DNA of 64,000 nucleotides from a virus (taxonomy: Duplodnaviria; Caudoviricetes): the IMG/VR virus record IMGVR_UViG_3300033463_000041, positions 1 to 64,000 of that record. One strand, written 5' to 3'. The notes under the pieces were generated by a model, which was not told the origin of the DNA, made no database searches, and worked only from the letters and a program-made list of their open reading frames with translations. Numbering within the stretch: the first letter of the stretch is position 1; each line of letters begins with the position of its first letter. The translations under genes were made by a program, and so were the position numbers. Of the stretch, positions 49,278 through 57,810 are shown one piece after another.

Positions 49278-49850
49278 ATGAACAAAGTATCAGGAAATCA
49301 GAGCGACTTCGCCTATATCCGCGAAGACGGCTCGCGCATCATCATCAGCTATGGGCTGACGAAGATTGATGACAACCTCTATGAGTGGTACGAGGTCTAC
49401 CTCTACAAGAAGCAAGTAAACCAACTTACACTCCAGATGGTGAAAAAGGCCATCATCGCCGACATCAACGCACGTACCGACGAGAAGATCCTGTCTGGCT
49501 ACGAGTGGACGATACTGCATGGCGACGATGCAGGAAAGACCGTGAAGGTATGGCTGTCGGCAGAGAACAAGGAGAACTACAAGGCCAAGTACGATACAGC
49601 CAAGGACGATCCTGAACTCATCACATGGCCCTCTAAGTTCAAGGTGTCAGAGAACGACGACCTGACTCCAGTCTATGAGTATTTTGACAACGTCGCCGAG
49701 TTGAAGGCATTCTACTACGGTGGTCTGAACTACATCGAGCAGACCGTGAACGCAGGTTGGGCAGAGAAGGACGGCATCGACTGGGCACCCTATGAAGCCC
49801 TGTTCCCTGCAGCAGCTGCCCAAGAGCAATCAGGAGCATCATCTGAGTAA
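49278..49850 (+). CDS. Putative tail-fibre-associated protein (DUF4376-like)
   Basis: VWLSAENKENYK and W.EKD.IDW pattern. Confidence 0.5.
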   Translation: MNKVSGNQSDFAYIREDGSRIIISYGLTKIDDNLYEWYEVYLYKKQVNQLTLQMVKKAIIADINARTDEKILSGYEWTILHGDDAGKTVKVWLSAENKENYKAKYDTAKDDPELITWPSKFKVSENDDLTPVYEYFDNVAELKAFYYGGLNYIEQTVNAGWAEKDGIDWAPYEALFPAAAAQEQSGASSE

Positions 49851-50392
49851 TGCCTATGGCAACGATGCTTATCCTCTCCATTGTGATGGCGGTGGTCTAC
49901 GTGGCCGCCGTCATCATCAAAGACAAGGCATTGCCCGACAGCGTGTCCGCACTTGTCTATGTCCTGCCTAAAGGCCGGTGGCGCTGGCTGTGGTCGGCAT
50001 GGCTGGCAGTGGTGACGCTGCTGATGGCTCCTGCCCTTATGACGGCAATGGCCGATTCATACTGGACCCAGTTGTTGGCAGCAGCTACTATCATCAGCCT
50101 TGCCATGACTGCAGCCCTGCCATTGTGGCCAGGTAGCCATAACCGCCTGCACAACATCCTCGGCATTCTATCGGGTGTGCTGTCACAGGTGTGCGTGTGG
50201 TTCATCAGCCCGTGGTATCTGATGCTATGGCTGCTCTTTGTCATACTGTTGGTGTTACATGCCTTTCCTGATGTATCATGGGCAGCAAAGATTGCCGACA
50301 AGACAAGCGGCAAAGGCGTATTCCTGCTTGAAGCCGTATGCTCGGCGGCATTGTATGCAGCCATGATAACGGCAATCCTCTCGCTCCAGTAA
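49850..50392 (+). CDS. Polytopic membrane protein
   Basis: Five to six hydrophobic helices. Confidence 0.75.
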   Translation: MPMATMLILSIVMAVVYVAAVIIKDKALPDSVSALVYVLPKGRWRWLWSAWLAVVTLLMAPALMTAMADSYWTQLLAAATIISLAMTAALPLWPGSHNRLHNILGILSGVLSQVCVWFISPWYLMLWLLFVILLVLHAFPDVSWAAKIADKTSGKGVFLLEAVCSAALYAAMITAILSLQ

Positions 50393-50404
50393 AAAAGGAG
50401 AAAT

Positions 50405-50515
50405 AAAAAGTCCCCGCCAGTCGTAATAACCATTTCGCTTTTAAGGGTTTTATACTACGCGACTGACAGGGGACTATAATCCCTATACGTAGTATAAACC
50501 ATTTTCTTAAAAGCG
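50405..50515 (-). ncRNA. Candidate small RNA with interleaved stems (pseudoknot or switch)
   Basis: Host promoter on minus strand; two interleaved inverted-repeat pairs; ends in a U run. Confidence 0.55.
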
Positions 50516-50516
50516 G

Positions 50517-50795
50517 ATGCAAAAGTACAACATTTCCGACAATCTTGCAAATATTAGCGGGATTAGTGGCTACATGCTACTGAAAATTAACATAAATCAA
50601 GTGGAAATGATGTCAAAGTTTGACCTTTCCGTGGATGATGTCAGACATATTCCCATGTACGAGGAATACCTCTCACTGCGTCAGGACAGGCTGAAGACAA
50701 CGCATATCATTGCCCATCTCGCAGAGAAATACTTTGTCAGCGAAAGCACGGTGAAGCGCGTGATAAAGCGGTTCTCGAAGCGGGTCATCTTGTGA
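50517..50795 (+). CDS. Small HTH DNA-binding protein (start codon uncertain)
   Basis: IIAHLAEKYFVSESTVKRVIKRF. Confidence 0.7.
   Translation: MQKYNISDNLANISGISGYMLLKININQVEMMSKFDLSVDDVRHIPMYEEYLSLRQDRLKTTHIIAHLAEKYFVSESTVKRVIKRFSKRVIL
50520..50551 (-). promoter_or_regulatory. Bacteroidetes housekeeping promoter (-33 TTTG, -7 TACTTTTG)
   Basis: TTTG-N20-TACTTTTG matches TTTG-N19-21-TAnnTTTG. Confidence 0.65.
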
Positions 50796-50800
50796 ACCCC

Positions 50801-50878
50801 GAATAACTCTGATTCATTAGGAACCAGCAGTTATTCTCCGTAAATTTGTAACGGATTTCCGAAAGGACTTCCGCTACA
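50801..50878 (+). promoter_or_regulatory. Host-type -7 promoter with operator-like inverted repeat and leader hairpin
   Basis: gaataact/agttattc repeat, TAAATTTG at 50841-50848, tcc-GAAA-gga hairpin. Confidence 0.55.
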
Positions 50879-50916
50879 GATAACCCTATTTATTCACAAC
50901 ACAAAACTTAAAGATT

Positions 50917-51501
50917 ATGGCTTTAGAAATGAATGACTTGTATGCCCTGAAGTCGATGGGTAACAAGGATGGCCTTTCAGCCTACGAGCAGGTGAAGCTG
51001 GACGACATGGCGGCCAAGCGCCCAAGCAACGTCGCCGTTACCAGCATCGTCTTCGGTGGTGCCGCACTCGTCGGTGTCATTGCAGGAACGGTGTTGAACA
51101 GCATGTACGCCAACGCGAAGTCGAAAGAGGCCAAGGAGGCAGCCATTGCCTCTGAGAAGGTGGCTAATGCCCAGTACAACGCTACCCTGCAGCTGATTGC
51201 CCAGGGCAATGCCAACACCAAGGACAACATCGACCGCCTGCTGCTCAGCATCCAGCGTGAGACAGACGCCAGAGTGGCCCAGGGTACTACGATTTCGCAA
51301 ACTATCACTGATTCGATTTCAGGACAGCAGCAGGGATCGCAGAACCAGTCAACCAGCGTGGAGAACTCGGCCTATGCTACGGCTATGAACCAGATTGTCT
51401 CTGACCGTCTGACAGGCCGCTCCAGCCTCGATGCACAGCCCGTCTGCATCTACTCGGCTCCCCAGCCATGTAGCTGCCCAGGTTGCGGTTGTGGCCAGTA
51501 A
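50917..51501 (+). CDS. Protein with hydrophobic segment, coiled coil and C-terminal CSCPGCGCG
   Basis: Strong codon bias; first gene of the Cys-rich operon. Confidence 0.8.
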   Translation: MALEMNDLYALKSMGNKDGLSAYEQVKLDDMAAKRPSNVAVTSIVFGGAALVGVIAGTVLNSMYANAKSKEAKEAAIASEKVANAQYNATLQLIAQGNANTKDNIDRLLLSIQRETDARVAQGTTISQTITDSISGQQQGSQNQSTSVENSAYATAMNQIVSDRLTGRSSLDAQPVCIYSAPQPCSCPGCGCGQ

Positions 51502-51513
51502 CGGCTAATGGGT

Positions 51514-51546
51514 ATTAGGGGAAGTCTTCCCAAGATTTCCCCTAAT
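51514..51546 (+). other. Intergenic stem-loop
   Basis: attaggggaa...ttcccctaat. Confidence 0.55.
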
Positions 51547-51604
51547 TTCCTTTCCAATCCTTGCAAGTTTGGAAAGAATTAGCAAGAATTATCAAACACG
51601 GCAG

Positions 51605-51991
51605 ATGATGTGGAACAAGAATAAACGACGCGAAGAGATGATGAACATGATACGGATGATAAACCCGACAAGCAAAATGGCCATCAGCCAGCAGTGCCTA
51701 CTGATTGCCAAGGGCGACATCGACGAGGCAAAAAAGCTGCGCGACTACTTTGCAGACGTGATGCCTGAATTGCCGGTAGTGGACCAGCCAGAGCCTACGT
51801 GGGTGGACAATACCAAGAATACACTGAACGGTATTCTATCCTGGAGCGGTGAGCATCAGCAGGGGCTCATGCAGATATATGAAATCATCCGTGGCATGAC
51901 GGGCAACCGTCTGCCACCGCTTACCATCCCTGGCATGACAGCGGAGACAGAAGCAGCAGCTACACCGCTGCCTCCCATCAATGAAGAATAA
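51605..51991 (+). CDS. Hypothetical protein with UBA-like helix bundle
   Basis: CLLIAKGDIDEAKKL. Confidence 0.7.
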   Translation: MMWNKNKRREEMMNMIRMINPTSKMAISQQCLLIAKGDIDEAKKLRDYFADVMPELPVVDQPEPTWVDNTKNTLNGILSWSGEHQQGLMQIYEIIRGMTGNRLPPLTIPGMTAETEAAATPLPPINEE

Positions 51992-52010
51992 CAATTAAAA
52001 TCACGGCAAG

Positions 52011-52217
52011 ATGAAAGTTTATCCAATCACAATAAAGATATACGCCGAGGACGAACATGAGGCAGAAAAGGCACGTCATGCGCTCGGCGGTTTCGTTGAC
52101 CAACTCGGACAGATGGGCATTCATGTCACTGGCAACAAGATTGCAGACGGCATGTCGCGCTGGGACAAGAATGCCTTTGTAAGATCAAAGATAATTGACC
52201 ACTTCAAGAACAATTAA
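52011..52217 (+). CDS. Hypothetical protein
   Basis: ORF in operon with AT-rich start. Confidence 0.7.
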   Translation: MKVYPITIKIYAEDEHEAEKARHALGGFVDQLGQMGIHVTGNKIADGMSRWDKNAFVRSKIIDHFKNN

Positions 52218-52228
52218 AATTACCAACT

Positions 52229-52591
52229 ATGGCAGAAATTGACAACAAACCACAGGAGCAGGTGGCCGGTGCCGCCGCCCAGCAGAGACCACCCGTACAG
52301 TCTGTTGCTGCGCCACAGCAACCCTTACCCAATCATCCTGCATCGCAGCAGGCAAAGGCACGTCCTTGCCCGAAGGACTGTCGCAAGTGTTCCATGCAGC
52401 AGCAGATATGCTGCTCGTCCCTACTCTCGTTCCAGTCGTTCGAGGTGATGAACAACATCATCCAGCGTCTCGACGCACAGTCGCAGCGCATTGAGGAACT
52501 GGAGGAGCGCCTGAAGGCCATTCAGTCGTCAGAGGCCGAGCTGAGCAGCCCCGTGCCTTTCAACGGAGATCTGTTCTCTGGCAATGGTTAG
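52229..52591 (+). CDS. Gln/Pro-rich protein with Cys cluster and coiled coil
   Basis: CPKDCRKCSMQQQICC. Confidence 0.75.
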   Translation: MAEIDNKPQEQVAGAAAQQRPPVQSVAAPQQPLPNHPASQQAKARPCPKDCRKCSMQQQICCSSLLSFQSFEVMNNIIQRLDAQSQRIEELEERLKAIQSSEAELSSPVPFNGDLFSGNG

Positions 52592-52679
52592 GCATGTTGC
52601 TGTGGCACAGCAACCCTATAGCGCAGAGTGGGGCTGGCGCAGAAGGTAGAGCCCCGAGACAATCAACACAAAAACTATT

Positions 52680-53153
52680 ATGAGTTGTAAATGTAACTGT
52701 AATTTCAGAAACGGATCAGACAAGATGGACTTCCTCATCTCGTCAGAGACCGCCGGTGTGTACGCATTGGGCCTGACCCACTACACATGCGGAAACATGA
52801 AGATGGCAGTGAATGATCCGGCACATCCCGTGCAGTGTAACCTCACCATCGAGCCCATCGGCCAGCCCATTGACCTCGGCAACGGTATCTATGGACAGGA
52901 GTTTCTGATTGCTGGAACCGTGACCTACTGCCCGTGCGGCGGTTGCAAGCCAGAGCCGGAGTATGTCACCTTCCAGGACTGCATCACCACCACGTCGGCG
53001 ACGCAGCCGAAGCTCGCACTCGGAGAGGTTAACGCCTCGCCGAAGCCCATCACCTACTACGTCAACAACGGATGCGGGTGCTGCCGTGCCCAGAAGCCAT
53101 GTACCAACCAGATTGCCATCACCACCTCTATTGAGGTGACGGCAGGGGCGTAG
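52680..53153 (+). CDS. Cys-rich beta protein
   Basis: MSCKCNC, CPCGGC and GCGCC. Confidence 0.75.
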   Translation: MSCKCNCNFRNGSDKMDFLISSETAGVYALGLTHYTCGNMKMAVNDPAHPVQCNLTIEPIGQPIDLGNGIYGQEFLIAGTVTYCPCGGCKPEPEYVTFQDCITTTSATQPKLALGEVNASPKPITYYVNNGCGCCRAQKPCTNQIAITTSIEVTAGA

Positions 53154-53156
53154 TGT

Positions 53157-53498
53157 ATGGACTGGATGGACGTTGCGGCAGTCGTGTTCTTCTCGACGAC
53201 GGTAAACCACCTCGGACTGATAAGTGCCATAGAAAGCGCCATAAAGTACAGACTATGGATACTTGACTGTCCAAAGTGCCTCTCGTTCTGGAGTGTGCTC
53301 GTCTACGGACTGAGCGGCGACGGCATGGCCGCCAACCCCTCATGTCTGGCACGGCTGCTCGCAATATCCATCCTTTCTGCATACATCGCCATCTGGCTTG
53401 AACTATTGGAAAGTATCATCGACAGACTATACGATTACATCTATGGGAAGATTTATTCAACAGCAGATTCCTCCGATGACGACGCGGCAGGTGCCTGA
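53157..53498 (+). CDS. Membrane protein, DUF1360-like
   Basis: TM helices with LDCPKCLSFW. Confidence 0.6.
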   Translation: MDWMDVAAVVFFSTTVNHLGLISAIESAIKYRLWILDCPKCLSFWSVLVYGLSGDGMAANPSCLARLLAISILSAYIAIWLELLESIIDRLYDYIYGKIYSTADSSDDDAAGA

Positions 53499-53592
53499 AG
53501 CATGGTGCCCGTCGTGCGGCAGCAGCGTGATTGTCGGTTCTGCCGACAAGGGAAAGAAGCAAGTTAAACCCGTTAAAAAGAAGAAGAAATGA
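53443..53592 (+). CDS. Small basic protein with CPSCG
   Basis: Poly-Lys tail; ATGA overlap with the next gene. Confidence 0.5.
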   Translation: MGRFIQQQIPPMTTRQVPEAWCPSCGSSVIVGSADKGKKQVKPVKKKKK

Positions 53593-54092
53593 CAACAGCA
53601 CAAGAACTCAAAGAACGCTATGACAGTCTCTATGACTACATGGCCAATTCAAAAGACCCGAAGAACATGAAAGCCTTCGGGTGCGTGATGACAGAGATAA
53701 TGGACTGGCTCATCCAAAACAAGCCCGACGTGGCCGAGGAGATGATAGATCAGCTCGAAAGCATCAAGTGGAAGCAGTACCTCACACCCAAGGAGGCTCA
53801 GAAGATTATCGACGGCATGGATCCAAAGGCACCGTGGTTGCGCGACCAGTGGAAAGCTGCTATGGAATCCTTCGGCCTGCCTTTGGAGGATGCGCCGTAC
53901 TATAACCGCTGTGCCCTCTGGGTGGAGATGAACAAGGTGTATTCAGATGCCGGCGACGTCATCGCTTCACTCATCGGCAAGCCACTCTTGCCCTCAGACA
54001 AGGATATTATCAGCGCCTGCTACAAACTGGCCCTGAAGAACCTCCTCGACAAGGACGGTGTGTATGACATCCGCAAGTACTTTCTCTGGTAA
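53589..54092 (+). CDS. Conserved helical phage protein
   Basis: YLTPKEA, ALWVEMNKVYSD and LLDKDG motifs. Confidence 0.75.
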   Translation: MTTAQELKERYDSLYDYMANSKDPKNMKAFGCVMTEIMDWLIQNKPDVAEEMIDQLESIKWKQYLTPKEAQKIIDGMDPKAPWLRDQWKAAMESFGLPLEDAPYYNRCALWVEMNKVYSDAGDVIASLIGKPLLPSDKDIISACYKLALKNLLDKDGVYDIRKYFLW

Positions 54093-54095
54093 GTT

Positions 54096-54371
54096 ATGGA
54101 CTATGCCGACGCTGCTGAAGCACTCATGCGCCGTAAGTTGCTCGAAAGTATCTACGACCGCATGACCGACGATGAGAAGCGCCTCTTTATCCAGATGACG
54201 ATGGAGAATCGCTCGCACACCGAGATTATGCAGGCACTCCAACAGCAGTCGGCACAAATCCAGGACCTACGCAAGCATCAGCAGACGTTTGCTGAAGACT
54301 TTGCCAGCAACATTGCCGGTAACGCCGCCTGGGATGGCCTTTTGTGGCTTACTCGAAAGTTATTCAGATAA
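54096..54371 (+). CDS. Hypothetical protein
   Basis: DFASNIAGNAAWDG C-terminal amphipathic segment. Confidence 0.7.
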   Translation: MDYADAAEALMRRKLLESIYDRMTDDEKRLFIQMTMENRSHTEIMQALQQQSAQIQDLRKHQQTFAEDFASNIAGNAAWDGLLWLTRKLFR

Positions 54372-54494
54372 ACCATCATTCGCCGTGATTGGTAGGGCGG
54401 GCGCGCGTCAGTGCGTCTGCCCTTGTCTTTGCCGAGTGCAATCCTCGCCTCGGCATAGACATTAATCCCGCTTGTGCTTCTGCTCTCGGCTCGT

Positions 54495-54533
54495 CTGCCC
54501 TTGATTTTTTTTCGGTATGTTGCTATATTGTAG
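54495..54533 (+). promoter_or_regulatory. Putative phage late promoter, copy 5
   Basis: CTGCCCTTGAT-N18-TATATTGTAG upstream of 54543. Confidence 0.65.
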
Positions 54534-54542
54534 CAACAAAAC

Positions 54543-55037
54543 ATGATCAATATGAACAACTGTAAAGAATTTGCCTTAGACGACCTGATGGCCATCACCG
54601 CCATACCTGTCGCAGACTATGCGCTCGGCACAAAAGCCTGGCAGCTGAAGCCGACGATAGTCACCACCAGCTTCTCCCCTACCCTTACCAACGCCATCGT
54701 CATCGGTTTGCAGCCTGCAACGGTAGGCGGCAAGCTCATACCTATCCGACGCCATACGGGGAAGGCAAAGGATGCAGAAAGCGACAACGTAGCCGGACGT
54801 CTGCATACGGTCACGGTGTCATGCGAGGTTGACGACCGCGACGGCGCTACGTGGAACGACCTGCTGAAACTGGAGCGCACACCGAGCCACCTCATGCTTT
54901 TGTTCCGTGGCGGACAGAAAGCATTTGCCGCCGCCACGCAGGACACCTATATTTGCGAGGTGGAGCGTAGCGGCAGCAAAACCAGCGTGTCGTTCAAACT
55001 GTATAACCTGATGGGTATTCAGCTGATTACCGCTTAG
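54543..55037 (+). CDS. Putative structural (tail-tube-like) protein
   Basis: Late promoter upstream; beta-rich. Confidence 0.5.
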   Translation: MINMNNCKEFALDDLMAITAIPVADYALGTKAWQLKPTIVTTSFSPTLTNAIVIGLQPATVGGKLIPIRRHTGKAKDAESDNVAGRLHTVTVSCEVDDRDGATWNDLLKLERTPSHLMLLFRGGQKAFAAATQDTYICEVERSGSKTSVSFKLYNLMGIQLITA

Positions 55038-55626
55038 ACCTTACGGCAGAGGAAAATTTTCTCTTCCTTGCCGGACGCTTTACCGGCTCAACGTTCTGTT
55101 GGGTCGGTTTCTTCTTACTTTCCGACATGTACTGCTCCCACAGGTTGCGCACCTCTTCTGGTACGGTCGTCACAGTACATACGAAGTTCTGTCCATACCG
55201 CAAGTTCAGCGGGCCTGTAATGGCGATGTCTGGCAACAGGATAGCCGTATCTGCCTGCGGTCTGTCAACAAGCACCAGACGGCCTGTAAACGGATTGTCT
55301 TTCAACCAGTCCGACATGACGGGTGACTTGGCAGACGACAGGTCGGCGATGATAGTCAACTGCCTTACCACGTTCAGCTTATCCACGCCGTTGGCATGTG
55401 GCCACTGCTGGCGCATCCAGCGGGTGATAACCTCCGTAGCCTGGTCGGGCATCGCCGGGGCGACAATCATCAGTTCCGTTTCCGTATATCGTGCCAGCAA
55501 GGCAGGCAGCAATTCAGTAATCGAAAGGTCTCCATAGCCCTGAAACTGCGTCCTGCCACCGTTTTCGATGGAGTCGCGCAGGTTGAGCAGTTGCCGCCGG
55601 ATACAACAAGGTTCTAAGATGTGCAT
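55027..55626 (-). CDS. Hypothetical protein, possibly degenerate PLD-like fold
   Basis: LTIIAD...ITGPLNL loosely like the PLD GSxN strand; no HxK. Confidence 0.5.
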   Translation of the reverse strand: MHILEPCCIRRQLLNLRDSIENGGRTQFQGYGDLSITELLPALLARYTETELMIVAPAMPDQATEVITRWMRQQWPHANGVDKLNVVRQLTIIADLSSAKSPVMSDWLKDNPFTGRLVLVDRPQADTAILLPDIAITGPLNLRYGQNFVCTVTTVPEEVRNLWEQYMSESKKKPTQQNVEPVKRPARKRKFSSAVRSKR

Positions 55627-55650
55627 AACTTTCAATTATCAGTTGTCAAT

Positions 55651-55688
55651 AAAAAAGGCCCAGGCCCGATGATATGGAGCCTGAGCCT
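55651..55688 (-). terminator. Intrinsic terminator after 55718..56299
   Basis: aggctcaggc...gcctgggcct followed by T6 on the minus strand. Confidence 0.7.
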
Positions 55689-55717
55689 CGTAATGCTGTT
55701 GTTACCAGAAACCCGGA

Positions 55718-56299
55718 TTAGTTGCTCGAATCAGATTCAACATCCTCGGCAATCTCACCGTAGTATTTCACAACGTCGTACACCTGGAAATTGCAGACGA
55801 AGTTGAAGGTTGTACCGTGCTCGTCGTTGCGGTTCTTACCGCTGTCGTTGGTACGGCTGAACACCACGTCGCCAGTAGGATTGCCGACGACCTTCCACTC
55901 CTTCTGTGAAGTGCCGTTCACCTTCTTGGTCTTGCCAGTGGGGAAGAACACCATGTAGCCACCGCCCATGTTGGAGAGACGGCGACCGAGAACAGCCATA
56001 TCGTCTTCGTTCTTGTCAACGAGACCTGTACCGGTGACGGTGTTGGCACCGCCCTCGCCATTGTCCTCGCTGCTGACCTGACCAGACTGGTTCTTAAAGG
56101 CGATCTTGAAACCCTTCAGGGTAGAGCCTGAACCACCCTTGGGAGTGATGTTGTACTGGTTCTTCTCATCGTTGATCTCGATGTTGCCCTCGATGTGGTC
56201 GCTGTCAATAGGAACGACCATGCAGTAGTTACTGGTACCGCCCGGATTCTCCGAGCAGTCGTTCGTCTGCTTAACGTGCTTTAAATTGCAAAGTCCCAT
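55718..56299 (-). CDS. Putative major tail tube / abundant virion protein ending ESDSSN
   Basis: Directly after the capsid gene; highly biased codons; C..NPGG N-terminus. Confidence 0.55.
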   Translation of the reverse strand: MGLCNLKHVKQTNDCSENPGGTSNYCMVVPIDSDHIEGNIEINDEKNQYNITPKGGSGSTLKGFKIAFKNQSGQVSSEDNGEGGANTVTGTGLVDKNEDDMAVLGRRLSNMGGGYMVFFPTGKTKKVNGTSQKEWKVVGNPTGDVVFSRTNDSGKNRNDEHGTTFNFVCNFQVYDVVKYYGEIAEDVESDSSN

Positions 56300-56356
56300 A
56301 ATCGTATGTCTTTTTTGTGTTTGTGTTGTTTACTATGATTACTTGTGAATAGAGAG

Positions 56357-56413
56357 TCGGAGGTCAGAGGGCGGCGCTTGCAGTGAAGGTCACTGGGCGC
56401 CGCTCACCTCCGA
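56357..56413. other. Long intergenic hairpin after the capsid gene
   Basis: tcggaggt/acctccga, gcggcgc/gcgccgc and cagtga/tcactg nested stems. Confidence 0.6.
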
Positions 56414-56419
56414 TGGGGT

Positions 56420-57700
56420 TTAGATGCTGCTGTCAGAGTCACCACCGCCCTCTTCCTCGAACATAGCTACGAGAGTCACAACACCACCAGGGAAGGTGTA
56501 GTTGTAGGGGTTGGCAGTAGCGTTGTCGCTCCAGCCCTTGAACTTGTAGCCATCCTTCGGCGTAGCGGCAACAGTGATGATGTTGCCATCAGCATAGAGG
56601 TTCTTCTCACCAGAGGTGATCTCGGCAGTACCCTCATTCTCGTCGCTGGTGGCAACGGTGAAGATATCGGCGATGTAGTCGCCAGCGGGTACGTTGTTCG
56701 GGGTGTTCTCCTGGTCGTTGGTAGCGAATACCTTCGGGGAGTAGTCGCGGATACGAGAAGCCTGAGCGGTCTGCACCTGATAGTCGAACAGGTTGTGGTC
56801 GTCAGAGTTGCGCTCAACAGTGATGTCGGCCTGGCTCTCAGGACGAACGTCGCAGATGTACTCCAGTGTTCCGGGCAGACAGAAGATGAGCTTGTCGCCC
56901 TTACCCATAGAGGTGTGGGTGGTCAGCTTCAGGTTCTTCATCTGACTGAACTTCCAGCCATCCTCCAGAACGGTGACAGCCAGCTGCGGGTGCATCAGCA
57001 TGTAACCCTCGACAATCTTGTCAGCGAGGTCAGAGCTGACGTAAGCCAGCAACTCCTCGGCACCGCGAAGGTCGTCGTTCAGTGAGTTGTAAGCGGCCTT
57101 GAACCACTTGTAGGCAGCCAGAGAGTCGCTGGGAGCAGCGCCGGTCTTAATCAGGTTGCCGATAGCCTCGCTGATAATACCCTTGGTGATACCCTGGGCG
57201 ATCTTGGTGAAGATACCGTCGTACAGAGAGAGACCCAACTTCACCTGGTTCTCCGTGGTCTCGGGCAGGTTGGCGTTAGCCTCGTTGCCGAAGAAGAAGT
57301 TGGCGCGGACGTCCTGAGCGTGGCGATTGGCGATCTTCTCCAGCAGGAACTGCGTCTTCTCTGCGTTGTTGGTACCGTCGGGGTTCACGTGGAAGGGTTC
57401 CTTCTCACGATACTTCTGGACGTTGTCCTGGGGGTGAGTAACTGCGAGAATCACCTTTGCAGGGTTCTCGACAAACATACCGAGCTGTACCTTCTTGACG
57501 GCACCCTGCTTATACTGACGTGCAAGCAGACCCTTGTCATTGAAGAGGAACAGCTTGTCGATGTTCTCGACGTCGGTCGTGACAGTGATCTGGAGGTCAT
57601 CCAGCATCTTGTCATTCAACATGGAAGCGCGAGCTACCAGGTCGACATGCAGCTGTTCGGTAACAGTCTGCACTTGTGAGACATTGATTGCGTAAGCCAT
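56420..57700 (-). CDS. Major capsid protein with C-terminal Ig-like (InlB B-repeat-like) domain
   Basis: Follows the prohead protease; biased codons; ATPKDGYKFKGWSD; ends GGGDSDSSI. Confidence 0.75.
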   Translation of the reverse strand: MAYAINVSQVQTVTEQLHVDLVARASMLNDKMLDDLQITVTTDVENIDKLFLFNDKGLLARQYKQGAVKKVQLGMFVENPAKVILAVTHPQDNVQKYREKEPFHVNPDGTNNAEKTQFLLEKIANRHAQDVRANFFFGNEANANLPETTENQVKLGLSLYDGIFTKIAQGITKGIISEAIGNLIKTGAAPSDSLAAYKWFKAAYNSLNDDLRGAEELLAYVSSDLADKIVEGYMLMHPQLAVTVLEDGWKFSQMKNLKLTTHTSMGKGDKLIFCLPGTLEYICDVRPESQADITVERNSDDHNLFDYQVQTAQASRIRDYSPKVFATNDQENTPNNVPAGDYIADIFTVATSDENEGTAEITSGEKNLYADGNIITVAATPKDGYKFKGWSDNATANPYNYTFPGGVVTLVAMFEEEGGGDSDSSI

Positions 57701-57755
57701 AATCCTTTTTTTAGTGTTGGTGAAAACTATTATGTTGTCTTTGTGTTGTTGTTAT

Positions 57756-57794
57756 TGCAAATTTACTATGTAGAGAACTACAAGTCAAGGGCAA
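57756..57794 (-). promoter_or_regulatory. Putative phage late promoter, copy 6
   Basis: TTGCCCTTGAC-N18-TAAATTTGCA upstream of the capsid gene. Confidence 0.8.
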
Positions 57795-57810
57795 TCTGAG
57801 CAGAGTCTGA

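Noticed and set aside
54414-54450. Partial promoter motif CTGCCCTTGTC
   Set aside because: No second box 18 nt downstream; probably a degenerate duplicate of copy 5
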